NCBI GenBank assembly: GCA_043228905.1
Contig: JBHGNT010000001.1
Span: forward strand, 15,996,001-16,060,000
Source: Azolla caroliniana
Lineage: Eukaryota > Plantae > Polypodiophyta
DNA length: 64,000 nt
Direction: 5' to 3'
Shown one piece after another: positions 24,301 through 36,966 of this stretch; the stretch's first letter is position 1; the number at the start of each line of letters is the position of its first letter. Made by a program: the position numbers and the translations under genes. Under the pieces are notes generated by a model. That model was not told the DNA's origin, did no database searches, and saw only the letters and a list, made by a program, of their open reading frames with translations.

Positions 24301-26107
24301 GGTGATAAGCATTATCTCCTCTTCGTTTGCCGCGATTGTCGTCGTTCCTTTCTGGTCCTGCTCTCGCCGATCCGAACCGTTTTGGTCCGATGACTTCTTC
24401 GATTTGGTACTGTCGATTTCCTTGTCTTTCTGGAAATGCCGACAGTTCTTCTGGAAGTGCCTTGGCTTCCCACAGTAGAAACAAGTAGGCCTCTCTCTTG
24501 ATTTTGATCGTGTTCCCGATTTTTCTCGGTTTTGGGGACTCTGGTACCTTTGTCTTCCACGTTCTGATTCGGAAAGGAGCACTTTTGAGTCGGGGATCGG
24601 TTCCTTGTCCTTCCGACGCGCCTCCTCGTTCAAGATGCTTGTCTTCACCGTCTGCAAAGACAAGTTCTCTTCTTGGCAGGAGGTGTTGAGAGTAACCACC
24701 AAGTTCTCCCAACTTTTCGACAATGTACACATCAACATGATTGCCTGCATTGCATCATCTAAGGGGAACTTGATCGCTGCAAGTTGATTTACATACCCCA
24801 TGAATGTGCTTACGTGTTCAACCATGCACTCGTCGTCTCTGTATTTCAGGTTTACTATTTTCCTCATCAATGAGGTTCTGTTGAGCGCATTCTTCCTCTC
24901 ATAAAGACCCGACAGCTTCTGCCACATCTCGTGGGCAATCGTGTCGTTCGCCACGTGCTGAAGGACACTTCCGTCGACACACTGTCGGATAGTGGCCACG
25001 GCTTTCCTATTCAGAAGCTTCCAATTCGACTCCAATACCCCCTTTGGTATTTCCAATCTTTCGATTGGCTCGTACAGGTCTTTTACAATGAGAAGGTCTT
25101 CCATCTTAATCTTCCAATCTGCATAGTTCTGTGAATTTAGAACCATCATACCTGGGAAGCCACTCCCGCCTCCTTCCATTTTATGTGTTGCTTGCTCTAA
25201 TACTAGTTTGTAGTTCAAATCATTGCCGGCCACAACCGGTTGTACGTGTGCGGAATAATAGTCAATCTAACGGAAGAAGAAAATAGAATACAGAAACTGA
25301 GAATGACACAAATTTTAACGTGGAAACCCGAACTGGGGAAAAAACCACGTGGAGTCCACAAACTCCGAAACAAAACACTATGAGAGAAAGGAATACAATC
25401 AGAGATCTCAGAGGCAACGACCTCAAGATTCTGCTTCGCCAACTGGCGGCTATGTAGCTCACACGCTTCCACTCACACTCGTTCACTCTGATAGTTATAG
25501 AGGCAACAACCTCGTCAACAACAACTTTATAATAACGCACATTTCTAACATAATTGCCCTGAGTAACCTTTCGACTATTTACAAGTTTAGCCCATGGGGG
25601 CAGATTCAGCCTATTTACAAACTTAGTCTTCCGTGTTGGCTATCTCCACGATTTCCGGATTCGGCCTCGGCCAAGTTGCTCATCAACACGGTTCTTCTCA
25701 CTTCCCATCCGACGGTAGAGGCATATGGAACCTTCATCATATCCGCCTTCTCTGCTTTCGTCTTCGGGCTTTGCTTACCGGATAATCTGCAGTTTTCTGC
25801 AGTTTGCTTACCGGATAATGTTGAACCGTTGAAGCACCTTTGTCATGTATTTCTCCTGTAACAATTACTTCTTTGACCGGTCCCGGATGATGTGCATCCC
25901 CAGTATCTAACATAATTGCCCTAAGTAACCTTTTGACTATTTACAAGTTTAGCCCACGGGGGCATATTCAGCCTATTTACAAACTTAGCCTTCCGTGTTG
26001 GCTATCTCCACGATTTCCGGATTCGGCCTCAGCCTGTCGGCCTCGGCCAAGTTGCTCATCAACACGGTTCTTCTCACTTCCCATCCAGAGGGACCTGTTT
26101 CCTAACA
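21309..26107 (-). mobile_element. Ty1/Copia element J inserted in H RNase H; 3' deletion and rearranged 5' LTR
   Basis: TSD GGTCG (21304-21308 / 26108-26112); LTR starts at 21309 and 25209; decayed PBS TAGTATTAGAGC; gag-PR-INT-RT remnants. Confidence 0.92.
23767..25179 (-). CDS. Copia gag-protease-GAG-pre-integrase ORF of J
   Basis: NYADWKIKMEDLL, CFYCGKPRHFQKNC zinc knuckle, WVVDSGASFH, LWHKRLCH. Confidence 0.85.
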   Translation of the reverse strand: MEGGGSGFPGMMVLNSQNYADWKIKMEDLLIVKDLYEPIERLEIPKGVLESNWKLLNRKAVATIRQCVDGSVLQHVANDTIAHEMWQKLSGLYERKNALNRTSLMRKIVNLKYRDDECMVEHVSTFMGYVNQLAAIKFPLDDAMQAIMLMCTLSKSWENLVVTLNTSCQEENLSLQTVKTSILNEEARRKDKEPIPDSKVLLSESERGRQRYQSPQNREKSGTRSKSRERPTCFYCGKPRHFQKNCRHFQKDKEIDSTKSKKSSDQNGSDRREQDQKGTTTIAANEEEIMLITKESELNLANDEMTWVVDSGASFHLTPDRKCFSSYSASDHGRVRMGNESTCRIVGIGDVWLTTSTGCKMLLKDVRHVPEVRLNLISAGRLDDEGYTGSIRNGVMKFSKGSPIVARARNVITLYLMNARLCPEEVNVASDTASELWHKRLCHMSEKGMKRLADDNLIPVKNVHFEKCTN

Positions 26108-29100
26108 GGTCGCTCATAGCTCAGCTTCTTAAGTGCTTCAACCCTCCGTAGTGTTTTCTTGAGCTTCTTCATGGCTTTGGTGTGTTCCGGTTTCCATTCG
26201 AACTTCTTCCCCTTCCGCAATAAGTGATAGAGTAGGTCCACTATATGTGCATAGTGCGGAATCCATATGTGATCAAATGCACAAGCTCCAAGAAACCTTC
26301 GGACTTCGGATTGTGACTCGCATACTTCTTTCATAGCTTGAATCGCATTGATCTTGGTTGGTGACTGTCTTCGGCCGTAGGGCCCACATAGATGTCCGAC
26401 TACCAATATCTCTTCTTGCTCGAATGCCGATTTCTCCCCGGAAAGTGTTAGGTGCACATCTTCTAACTTTTGAAGCATTTTCTCGCAATCACAAATATGG
26501 TTGACTACGAACTTTCGGCATCCCCGATCATCCATAGTTTCATCTTTTTCTTCTACCGCGCATCCTTTCATCGGAATGTCATCTAGGAACGGCATCGTTA
26601 TTTCTGGAATGCAATCTCGAAGCACCTTGTTCATCGTGTTCATCATATGTGCAACCGAGTTTGTTGCTCCTTGTGGTTGTGTGCACATTCGAACTAATCC
26701 TATCGGTGTCCACATGGTAGTGATGTCTCGGCTCTCCATGGCTAGTTGGAATTGGTCATACCCCGAATATAGGTCTCCGATGGAGTATATCGCACGACCG
26801 GCAAATGCTTCCGCAAATTCGTCCACTATCAGACCGACTCCGGAGTTCCGGATCGTGACCTTGTTCACCGGTTGCAAGTTTTGGATAAATCGGAGTGACC
26901 CATTCTTCTTTGGAACCGTAAACCATCGATTTGAGTACAGATCGTTTGATGGCTCTAAAATCCCATCGCCACCTTCTCCTTGAGCAAGTTGATGATTTTG
27001 GGAATATGCGCCCACGGCACCAGAATCGGCTTCAGGTTCCACGGCACATGGTCAATCGTGAAGATCACCATCGACTCCACTATCTTTGGATCAACGCACC
27101 CTATCTCCTTCGATGTGAATGCAAATGCTTTCCCATGTTGTTCTAGCATCCTACGGAATCATTCTTCTTCATTTTGTAAAAGGAAACCACCTCCACTGAT
27201 CCGAAGTTTCTTCCGGGTCTCATCCGTGAAGGCATGTCCGATATCCACGAACTTCCGAAGTGTCGGATCTCCCGAGACTTCTTTCCTCTTTTGCTCACTA
27301 TCGGCGGGTAATGGTCCCGCGACCGGTTTCACTTTCTTCTCCATGGTCTTGTATTTCATACTTACCATTGCTTCTTCTTTGTGGAGCACATCCGGCCCCA
27401 TTTTCGCAATGATCTCGTACATCTCGACCGATTCCACTGGGACTACCTACTCTCCTTGGCTTTTATCCTCCACAAGATCTTCAAGCCGTTGTGGCATGCT
27501 CCCATAGAACACTTCTTCGACTACCCCCATGATTTCTTCATCTTCTTTTACTATTGATGCCGACTACAACTTATCCTCTACGTTTCGGCATTCTTTCTTC
27601 TTTCCTCTGGTTACGGCCGTGTACGTAGATGCCCCATCCGGACCGATTCGTACTTGTTTTGCTCTGAGAGTTTTCTTCCTATGTGGGGTATCAAGGCTTC
27701 TCTGACTATCACTTCCCCACTCCACAACAGTCCACTCTAAAAATCCATCCTTGTTTGGGACAAGAGCTCTCTCTTGTTCCTTTCATGATTTGCCGGCACA
27801 GTTAGGAATTGGACGGATTTCCCTCCGCTTTGACTCCGAATTCGTGCGAAAGCCGCACCGCTATCAAGCACCTTCGTCTACATCCGTGATGCCGTGATAA
27901 AGGGTTGCCCAAGGATCACGGAGTGTGAGACCTCATCTTGCACGAAGAAATTTTGGTCTATCTCGACATCTCCGATCTTCACCGTCACATCCGGACAAGC
28001 CGCAAATAGGTCTTCTGTTGCTTTAGTGGCTGCCCGGATCTTCCATCCATGATTAGTGTTAATAGGCCACTTCCCCTTCCGGTAGAACTCCTTTGACATC
28101 AAGTTGATCTTCGATCCGTGATCAATCAATGCTAGTACGGGCTCCTTGATGTTTTCGATTCAGACCGGAGTCTCCGTAGTTGCGCGTGCCCAATGTAGCC
28201 TTGTGTAGTGGGAGTTCGGTATTTCATCCTCCACTTCCGTGTCGTTCATTAAAACCATGTTCACATTTACCCTTGGAGCATTTTCCTCCGTATTTTGTCT
28301 TTTTCTCTTCACGAGATCCACAAGAAGGTCGTGCAACTCCTTCTTCACTATTCCGAGTAATTCCCGAAGCGAAAATTCCACCCGACTATCAAGGATTCTC
28401 TCTTCAAAAACCTTCTTTAGGTCCGTTTGTTTTTCGATGTCCGAAGCGATTTTGAATGCCGGAATTGTTTTTCCTTTCCCCTTCCCTTCGGAGTTCCAGC
28501 TCTCAGGCGTCTTTGATGGTCCAGCCGCATCATCCATGCACCGTCGTTTTTCATCCACATACACTTCATGCAATTGACATAGTGCATGTACGCTATTCTT
28601 ATCTACGGGGCACTCCCATCCTGTAGCTTTCCGGATACATTCCGCGGCGCTTCGGATTTCATCATGGTCGGCTTTCTTCGAAATTTCTAGCACTTCCGGC
28701 CAAAAAGACGCCTTTGCTCCCGATGACTCCCCGACATGTATTGACACAGTTGTCGCATAATTGTTTTTCGCCACGATCTCCTCCTCTAGGACCTTCTTCA
28801 TGCCGCCTTTTCGGAAGTTCGGTCGGAGTGGCTTCCGAGAATCCATCGAATGAATCTGATTTCCCTCGTAGTAGATAAGATCCCGTCGTAACACCTCCTT
28901 GTGCTCGTCGCAATCTCTCCGATCATGTTCGGTGCTATCGCACCATATGCATCGACGGTCCATGTACTTGGAACTTGTGGGATGGTCTTCCGTCTTCTTC
29001 ACCATCGCGATTTTCAGATTCTCCATCTCCTTCAGCAATTGCTCCACCGTGGTTGCGTCGATTCCCTTCTCGGTCGTAGTCTCCCGAGCCCGCGGTTGAT

Positions 29101-29803
29101 GGTCTTCCAATCCGGATCTCGGTTTCCGAATCAGTTCCAAAACCGTCTTTTCTTCGTTAGCAAGACATTGCCCCCTCTTTGTATATTGTGCGACGATATC
29201 TTGCACATTATCCCATGTATCGGTGAGGCCACTCTCGGTGGTTGTCCTCCAGAAGCACTCCAAGATCTTTCCAGTCCCGGACATCCATGGCTCGTAGGAA
29301 CATGATCACTTTGTCCGGTGCAAGGATAGCTTGATCTCTCGCGGACAACCTCCTGAACTGACTTTCGAATGCCGAAAACACATCGAGGACCTTCATCCCC
29401 TTATCCGGCGTTTCCACCCAATCTTTGAATCCTCTCCTCATTGCCTTGGAAGAGTCCTCGATGGCGAACGTGGTCTTTAGGGCCTCTTCAAATGCTTCCC
29501 ATGTCGGATTCTGTTGTCGTATCCCGTGGATACTCCCTTGAAGCCCGTCTATAGCCACCCGATTGAAGGATGTCACCTACAATCCTTCCGATATTCCACA
29601 CTGTAGCATTTCCACCTTGTAATCCCGCAAATATCGCGACGCATCTTTCACGTTTAATTGCCCGTTCCGTTGCACGAGCCGCTCAACTGTCATTGCAATC
29701 TCCGACATCGAGCGTTGTTCTTGTAGCATCTGCTCGAACATCACCATCATATTGTTAGTCTCCATCACCTTGCCATCCATTTTCACATCAAGTTCGCCAC
29801 TTG

Positions 29804-30634
29804 TGTCGTGCCTTTCGGCTCCGGATTGTTGCGTGAGTCGGGTGGGAACCACTAAGGTTTTGGACTAGGGAGAAAGAAGAATATGAGATAAGTCTAGTAA
29901 TGAACAGGTAGAAAGATAGGTAAGTTATGAATCTCGTGAATCCCACGAGTTTAGTGTATTTAATCAATATTTAGATAGTAAGAGACAATTTTTATGATAA
30001 ACTCGTGAATCCCACGAATATATTAGATTGATCAATCCTTGTAAATAATCAACAACCTATACATCTTTCTATCTTCCTTATATAGTGTTGGAAGAGTCCA
30101 AGTTTATCACATGCAAGCATTATGCTTTTCCTAACTTTAGTTTTCATGCACACTACATGTGCATGATTAGCTTTCTATCCCATCTTTTCTTTTAACTCGA
30201 GTGTGTATGCATGAATAACTTTTTGTACCATGCATATCTAGAATATTTACATGGGATAAAGTTTAGTATAACTTTAAAATTCATAATATGCTAGTATAGT
30301 GGTAAGGCTTAAAAATCGTTAACATGGAGGTACAGGGTTCGAATCTTGCCCTATGCATGTAACAATCTTTTCTTCTATTTACAAATTTGTCTCTTCATCC
30401 GGTGAGAGACTTTCACCAGCCTTCTTTATCTGGCTCTTGCCGGTTCTGCTTGATCCGGTTCTTACCGGGTCTCCTTACCGGTTCCATTCTTCATCCGGTT
30501 CTCACTGATTCCTCCTTGCCGATTCCATCCTTCATCCGATTCTCACTGGTTCCTCCTTACCGGTTCCTCCTTGCCGGTTCCATCCGGTCGGACAGAATGC
30601 AATTTTCACATAGTGTGCGAATTACACTATGACA
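29804..30634 (-). repeat. 5' LTR of H
   Basis: Followed on the minus strand by caagTGGCGAACT and gag start. Confidence 0.93.
30286..30371 (+). ncRNA. tRNA-like Pol III cassette in U3 of H 5' LTR
   Basis: A box 30292-30302, B box 30336-30345, TTTT at 30368-30371; two substitutions versus the 19 kb copy. Confidence 0.7.
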
Positions 30635-31980
30635 ACGGTATACCGACATTGAGCAGAATCAAGTTTCTTACTCTCGAATGATATTGGTTTACCATCTTGA
30701 TATAAGAAAACACCTATAGCATAATCGCTTGCATCGGTTTCAACCTCAAAAGGTTTTGAAGGATCAGGTAAAAGAAGCGAAGGAGCCTTGCACACCAGGT
30801 TCATTAGTTCCTTAAAGGCGAGGTCTAGTATAGCATTCCAAACAATAGGTTTTGTAGACTTACACGTTTGACCTTTTAGAAGATCAGTAAACGGTGTCGT
30901 CAATTGGGAGTAATTACGACGGGATTTTCGCAAAAACCCCACAAAACCAAGGAATGATCGAACTTCTCGAATATTCCAAAGCTTGATTTTCTTGATGCGA
31001 GAAGGATCAATTTCAACTCCTCGTTCGGTTATGAGATGTCCAAGATAAGTAATTGATTTCTTGAAGAACTCACATTTTGAGATCTTTGCATAAAACTGTT
31101 TGTCACGCAATGTTTGTAAAAAAATGTGGACATGTTTAGCATGTTCTTGTAATGTATGACTATAAACTAAAATATCATCCAAGAAAATAACGACAAATTT
31201 TCCAAGTTGTTCTCAGAAAATGTCATTCATTTCTTGTTGAAATGTAGCCGGAGCATTGGTCAAACCAAAAGGCATAACCAAAAACTCATAATGGCCATAG
31301 CACGTACGAAATGCCGTTTTAGGAACATCGTCCTCACTTATATGAATTTGATGGTAGCCAGTATGGAGATCAAGTTTCGTGAAATACCGAGCTCCATAGA
31401 GACGGTCAATTAGATCGTCAGCCCGGGGAAATGGATACGAATTCTTGATCGTCACTTTATTCAAGCGTCGGTAATTAATACACATACGCCATGTGCCCTC
31501 TTTCTTTTTAACCAAGAGAACTAGTGCATCCCATGGAGATTTACTATAACGTATATAACCCATTCGTAAATAGTCCTTGAGTTGCTTAGATACCTCATCC
31601 TCTTCGGATCGATTGAAGCGATAAGGAGGTATACTTATTGGTGCAACGCCAGGTACAATATCTATACGATGGTCTATATTACGTTTAGGAGGTAACCCAT
31701 CTGGTAGTTCACTCGGAAAAACATCATGAAAATCATTTAAGATTTCATCAAGTTGTTGTTGTTCAAAATGTTAATTGAACCGAGACATTATCGATATTGT
31801 AAACGTGAATGTCCAAATCAAGTACACAATAAAATAGAGTAGAACAAGACAAGTCAGATATTGATGGAGAGGAAAAAATCGAAAGAGATTGTTTTTTAAC
31901 ACATTGAATAAAATGAGTACAATCGTTCAATACAAATGTAATTGAATGATGAACCTAATCAATAGATAAAGAAGAGTTTT

Positions 31981-32778
31981 TATTATAGAAGCAGGGATAA
32001 CCCAGTATTAGATCAGTGGTACAGAGATTCATTACATGTGATAGGGTGTATAAGATAATAGATAGTTATACACTATATGAGGGCTTGATCAAACCGATTA
32101 GATGGAGTTGAAAATCATAATATATTATATAGCTCTAGGTGATTATGATTAGAGAGTATAACTCAAGAAACTAAGAAAAAAGATAGAGAAAGCGAGCAAG
32201 AAATAAGAATATTCTGATATTCCAACATCAAGAGAATACAAAGGAGACAAACTCCACATTGAACTAAAACCAAAGACCTTCCTCTTCTAAGACACTTCCT
32301 CTTCCACAAAGACACTTCTTCCTAACACTCCTCATCCACTCTTTGGCCTTCACTCTTGGCCCCCCTCTCACTCATATTACTTCTTCTTTTATAACCTTCC
32401 TCTTCTTATCCACGTTCATGCTATTTTTAGAAGCTTTTTATCTCCCTATTTTTAGCTATGACACATCAACCTTCTAATCGTCATATCTCCCTCATCCGAT
32501 ATCCAAATTAAGCGATTTAAAAAGCTATAGAAAGCTCTTTTTACAAGCTTTCTAATCCATATTTAAACGTGATATTTGGATAAACAACGAGGGAGTTATG
32601 ACCATTCTATTTTTACTGTTTTTTATAGTCTGCGTTTTCTCTTTTTACTTTTCTCTTGGTCTCGTACTTTTACTTTTGACTTCTTCCCTAAGGTCTTAGT
32701 TCGTGTTCTTATCCTCAAAAGGTGAATTATCTATACTTTATATTCTCCTAATGTTCAATGGCTTAGATTCTAAAAACA
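31981..32778 (-). mobile_element. Probable old solo LTR (K) interrupting G between protease and RT
   Basis: Non-coding AT-rich block; imperfect termini tattatagaa...ttctaaaaaca; minus-strand TATAAAA near 32390; no clean TSD. Confidence 0.5.
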
Positions 32779-34043
32779 CTTTCACAACATGGAAGTCTAC
32801 TTCCTCTATATAAGTATCAATAGAAATTCCTAATGAATGAATCACCCCATTGATGTATTGTACTCTTCCATCAGCCAAGTGCATTGTATAGGTGTGATCC
32901 CTTACGGTGGGTTGGATTCCCCATATCTGAACCAAACGATCATTCACAAAGTTGTGTGAGCTTCTCGAATCAAACAAAAATTGTACGGGAGATCCATTGA
33001 TATACCCATTTGCACGTAGTAAATCATTGGGACCCAATACATAGTGAGGGAAAGAACATTGACAATTACTTAAATGATGTGTATAGACCTGAAGGACATT
33101 AGGAATCTAACCTTTATGGTCTGCAACTTTTGCTTTGTTGTCGTGCTCTTTTCGTTGGAGCTTTCGACATTGCTCTCTTGTATGACCCTTGTTTTTGCAG
33201 AATACGCAAAAAGGATGTTGTCGCTTACAATCGCGATCCATGAATTTGTTGGGTGTCTTGCGTTTCCTAGTGAATTGTGACTGCTTAGTCCCAAGCACTT
33301 CTTTGGGTTTGTCGTGGTCCTTCTTCGAAGTGCGTTGATAGCAAAGAACTATTTCAACGGCCTCTTCGAGGATTTTGGATCCTTATTGTGCACTATCCAG
33401 TGATAGTCCGAATTGGGGATGCCATTGACAAAACAAGTTATTAACCAGTTGTCCCCTTCTAGACCCGATTTTTGGATTTGGGTTCTAGAATGGTGAACAT
33501 AGTCTTCTAGCGAGGAAAACTTCCTACTAGAGAGGTTCATTAAAGTTTGTGTTGCCTCGGTTCGAGAGGGAGGTTGCAGAAATTGGCCCTTAAAAACTGT
33601 GATAAATTTGTCCAAGTATCGGGCAATTTCTCCAAAGTTCGGAGCCCACGCCACCAAGTGGCGGCCTTACCCCCTAATTCTCGGCCGACATGTGCAATCT
33701 TCATACTATCTGGCGTGGGATAGAGCTCAAAATGAGACTCCCATCGGCCCAGCCCCGTGTAGATTACTTCTTCGGTTCTTTCCTTTTTTTCTCCCATAAA
33801 TGGCTTAATGACAAACAATGGTTCACCCTATCACTCATCAGGTCTATTAGTCTCACGTTGTAAACTAATGACACGTGCCTCGAGAGCACTTTGAGATTGC
33901 CGAAGTTCGGTCATCTGTTGAGCGGTGAAACTAAGGTATTGGGTTATTTGTGAAAAATACAACTCAATGGACATTTGTCCAGGAGGATTTCCTTGAGTTC
34001 CTTCCGCTTGTGCGGATGACATCGGGGCATTATTTTGAGCCAT
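32779..34043 (-). pseudogene. gag-protease of chromovirus G
   Basis: GGKAATWW retrotransposon gag, CVFCKNKGHTREQC knuckle, LFDSRSSHNFV protease; frameshifted. Confidence 0.85.
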
Positions 34044-34472
34044 TGAAAGATTATTTCTGGCAAAGAAATAGGATAAGGTCAGACAAATAGTCATAACATC
34101 ATGTCGTGATGTAAACATATCATGGGCAAACATTAATCGATATCATGATCTCACGTCAATACCCGTCTAGACGTATGAGATGAGGTTCAAGATCAGGTTA
34201 CTATGGTAACACCAAGGTGTTTTAAAAACCATGGGGGTGACAAATTAATGTCTTTCCCTGATCTCTATATTGATTTTTTCATGGCGGCTCAACCATGTAT
34301 GTTTGCATCATGAATAGTCTATACAAGAAAAAAATGTTAACAATAAACTATGTTTTGGTGCTCACATATGTCATTTCGGCTCTTTAAGTCCTATTACGAG
34401 GACCCTGAAGTGCACTTAGACCTCAAGTCTAAACATGTGTTATAGTCATATGTATCAACGATGTTGTATGGT

Positions 34473-34534
34473 CTTGGTCATATTTGAACTCGAGACCTCG
34501 AGAACAAATGCATTAAACACTTGAGCTAACCAAG
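34473..34534 (-). ncRNA. Degenerate tRNA-like sequence in the 5' UTR of G
   Basis: Minus strand: cttggt TAGCTCAAGTG...aggtctc GAGTTCAAAT atg accaag; 6-bp cttggt/accaag acceptor-like stem. Confidence 0.4.
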
Positions 34535-35179
34535 TTGCTCTTCTTGAATGTTTAATATTTAATGCGTATAAGAGATATGCAAGGCATTTGCCCATATATG
34601 TTTTTTTAAAAGAAAAATATATGTCAAGAGTCCTTATTTCCCCCTCATTTACCACAAACTTTGTTGGTATGTTACCTAACCTCAAGTCTCGTAATTACGA
34701 TGGCATATGCCAAAGTGCAACCTAATGGTCAAGCCAAATGAACCCATCACATGGTTACGTCATTACGAATGCCTTTCGTAAGAATGATCTCATGGTGGCA
34801 TCGTATCCATGTAATGAGGGAGGGATGTTGGATATGTGTGTCATAAGAGCAACCTCACATCAAGTGGGTCAAGCCCTACGTTCTCAACACCATTGTGGCT
34901 AAGATTGTTTCATTACGTAACGAAATCGAAGTGACCAACGGGGATGTCAACAAAAAAATTGTTGAAAAAAGGATGGTGACTACGCCATTCTCACAAAAAC
35001 GTGAGGACGGTCACCAAGATCCTTTCCCCGAAAAGGACAACATTCGATATAAAGATAACGTAATATCAAATATACACATATGTTTATTTATCACATATAT
35101 ACGTTCAAATACGTATACACATGACCACATATGCATATATAAAAGAAATCGTAATATAAAATAGCCAAAAATGATGTAA

Positions 35180-35450
35180 TCGAGATACGTAATCGAGGCA
35201 TATACCCTGTACGCACACGAAACATCTTAAAATAAGGGTTAATCGTAATACGCAATTGAGGTATTGAACTCATACGCATACGACACCAAACGCATATCAT
35301 TTACATACAAATCAAGGTAATGACCTCATATGCAAACGTAACATATGTTTGTGAACATAATACGTAATTGAGGTATTAACCTTGTACGCATACGACACTA
35401 ATCACATATTAAATATATGTCAAATGAGGTATTGACCTCATGCACATATG
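35180..35450. repeat. Degenerate tandem repeats in G 5' UTR
   Basis: Recurring aattgaggtattga(a/c)ctcatacgcatacgacac units. Confidence 0.7.
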
Positions 35451-35696
35451 TAAACGTTTTATATAACCAATTAATTACCACGACAACATCATTGAATTAA
35501 TGAAAAAAATTTACATATGACCATATACATGATTAGAAGGGAGAAGAAAAAATAGAAAAAAAAACAAGAAAGATTACTGAAGTTCCTTTGTTGATCATTG
35601 TCTGGATCGATGCTGACCGCACATCGATCGATCACCATCAATCAAGAAGACAAAAGACAACAAAAGAAACATTAGAACATGATCTCTGATACCAAC

Positions 35697-36156
35697 TATT
35701 AGAGATATGCCCTAATGTAAGCATATGATAAGGATAAAAGAATGATAGATAGATAGATAGAAAGGAGAGAGAGAAAGAAGGGTGTCGATCCACCCGACCA
35801 CCCCCGAGCGAAGGGATCGAGACGAACTCGAGCCTCGATCGGTGTCCCATACCACCGCCGTGGCGTCGAGTCGTACCTGGTGCTAGCGCGCTCGCTACAA
35901 AAGTTGAACCACCACGAAACAGAGTCTTGACGTAGTCAAAAGATGATGAAATGAGGGTAGCTAGGCCTCTTATTTATAGCGATACCCAAGGCCCCCAAGA
36001 AAGTTCACACTTGGCCTAATGGGTTGTCTCAATCCTAAGGATTAAAATTAATCCTCCCCTTCTTTACACTCTCGTTTAACCCTCACACTTATCCACGTGT
36101 ATAGAATACTACGGTAAATTCTCACCACGGGATATTATATGGTCATGATCGTAATA
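35697..36156 (-). repeat. 5' LTR of G
   Basis: Adjacent to iMet PBS; matches 15596-16051. Confidence 0.92.
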
Positions 36157-36966
36157 TATCCTCTTCGAGAGAGAAAAGCCCCCCAAAGATTTCCGGATAC
36201 AGAGCATGTTTTGCTAACCGATGAGGGAGAGCCGGAAAGCTTTGAAGAAGCAAAGAGAGACACCCACAACCGTAAGTGGTTGAGTGCCATGCAGGATGAG
36301 ATGGACTCCATGCATGAGAACCACACATATGAACTGATGGAGTTGCCGAAAGGGAAGACAGTACTCCGGAATAAGTGGGTGTACAAGCTGAAACCGGGAG
36401 ATGCCGGAAATCCACCAAGGTATAAGGCCTGAATCGTGGTGAAGGGCTTCCAGCAGAAAAAAGGAGTGGACTTCGATGAGATCTTTGCCCCAGTAGTTAA
36501 GATGACTTCCATCCGGACGGTGCTAAGCATAGTGGCAAGCATGGACCTTGAGGTAGAGCAACTGGACGTCAAGACAACATTCCTACATTGCGACCTCGAA
36601 GAAGAGATCTACATGCATCAACCAGAAGGATTTGAGAAGAAAGGGAAGGAGCACCTGGTGTGCCGGCTTAAGAAGAGCCTATACGGACTGAAGCAACCTC
36701 CCCGGCAATGGTACCGGAAGTTTGACTCCTTCATGACCGATCAAGGGTACCACAAGACGTAGGCCGATCACTACGTGTTTGTGAAGAAATTTGACAGAGG
36801 AGATTTCCTGATACTTTTCCTATATGTGGAAGATATGTTGATCGTCAGACGAGACCAAGGCAAGATTTGGATGCTGAAGAAAGCTCTGAACCGGACCTTC
36901 TCAATGAAAGACTTGGGTCCGACAAGACAGATATTGGGAATGCACATCATCTGGGAGTGGTTGAAG

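Larger units (their letters stand above)
18555..30634 (-). mobile_element. Ty3/Gypsy element H, full length, degenerate, inserted in G RNase H
   Basis: LTRs 18555-19412 and 29804-30634; 4-bp TSD ACGG; PPT ggagggggcgag; gag CxxC, protease IDHGS, RT GDLYSGYDQ/PFLDDIP, integrase ORF 19653-20735. Confidence 0.93.
15596..36156 (-). mobile_element. Ty3/Gypsy chromovirus G, full length, with nested insertions
   Basis: TSD TATCC (15591-15595 / 36157-36161); PBS TGGTATCAGAG (iMet) at 35694-35684; PPT next to 16052; RT ([26 protein letters not shown]); chromodomain YKIKWMDKSIKDATWE near 16100-16220. Confidence 0.93.

Noticed and set aside
19036-30371. H cassettes as genuine tRNA genes or as the element's own primer
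   Set aside because: Acceptor and anticodon stems do not pair, and the 3' end is not complementary to the TGGCGAACT PBS region
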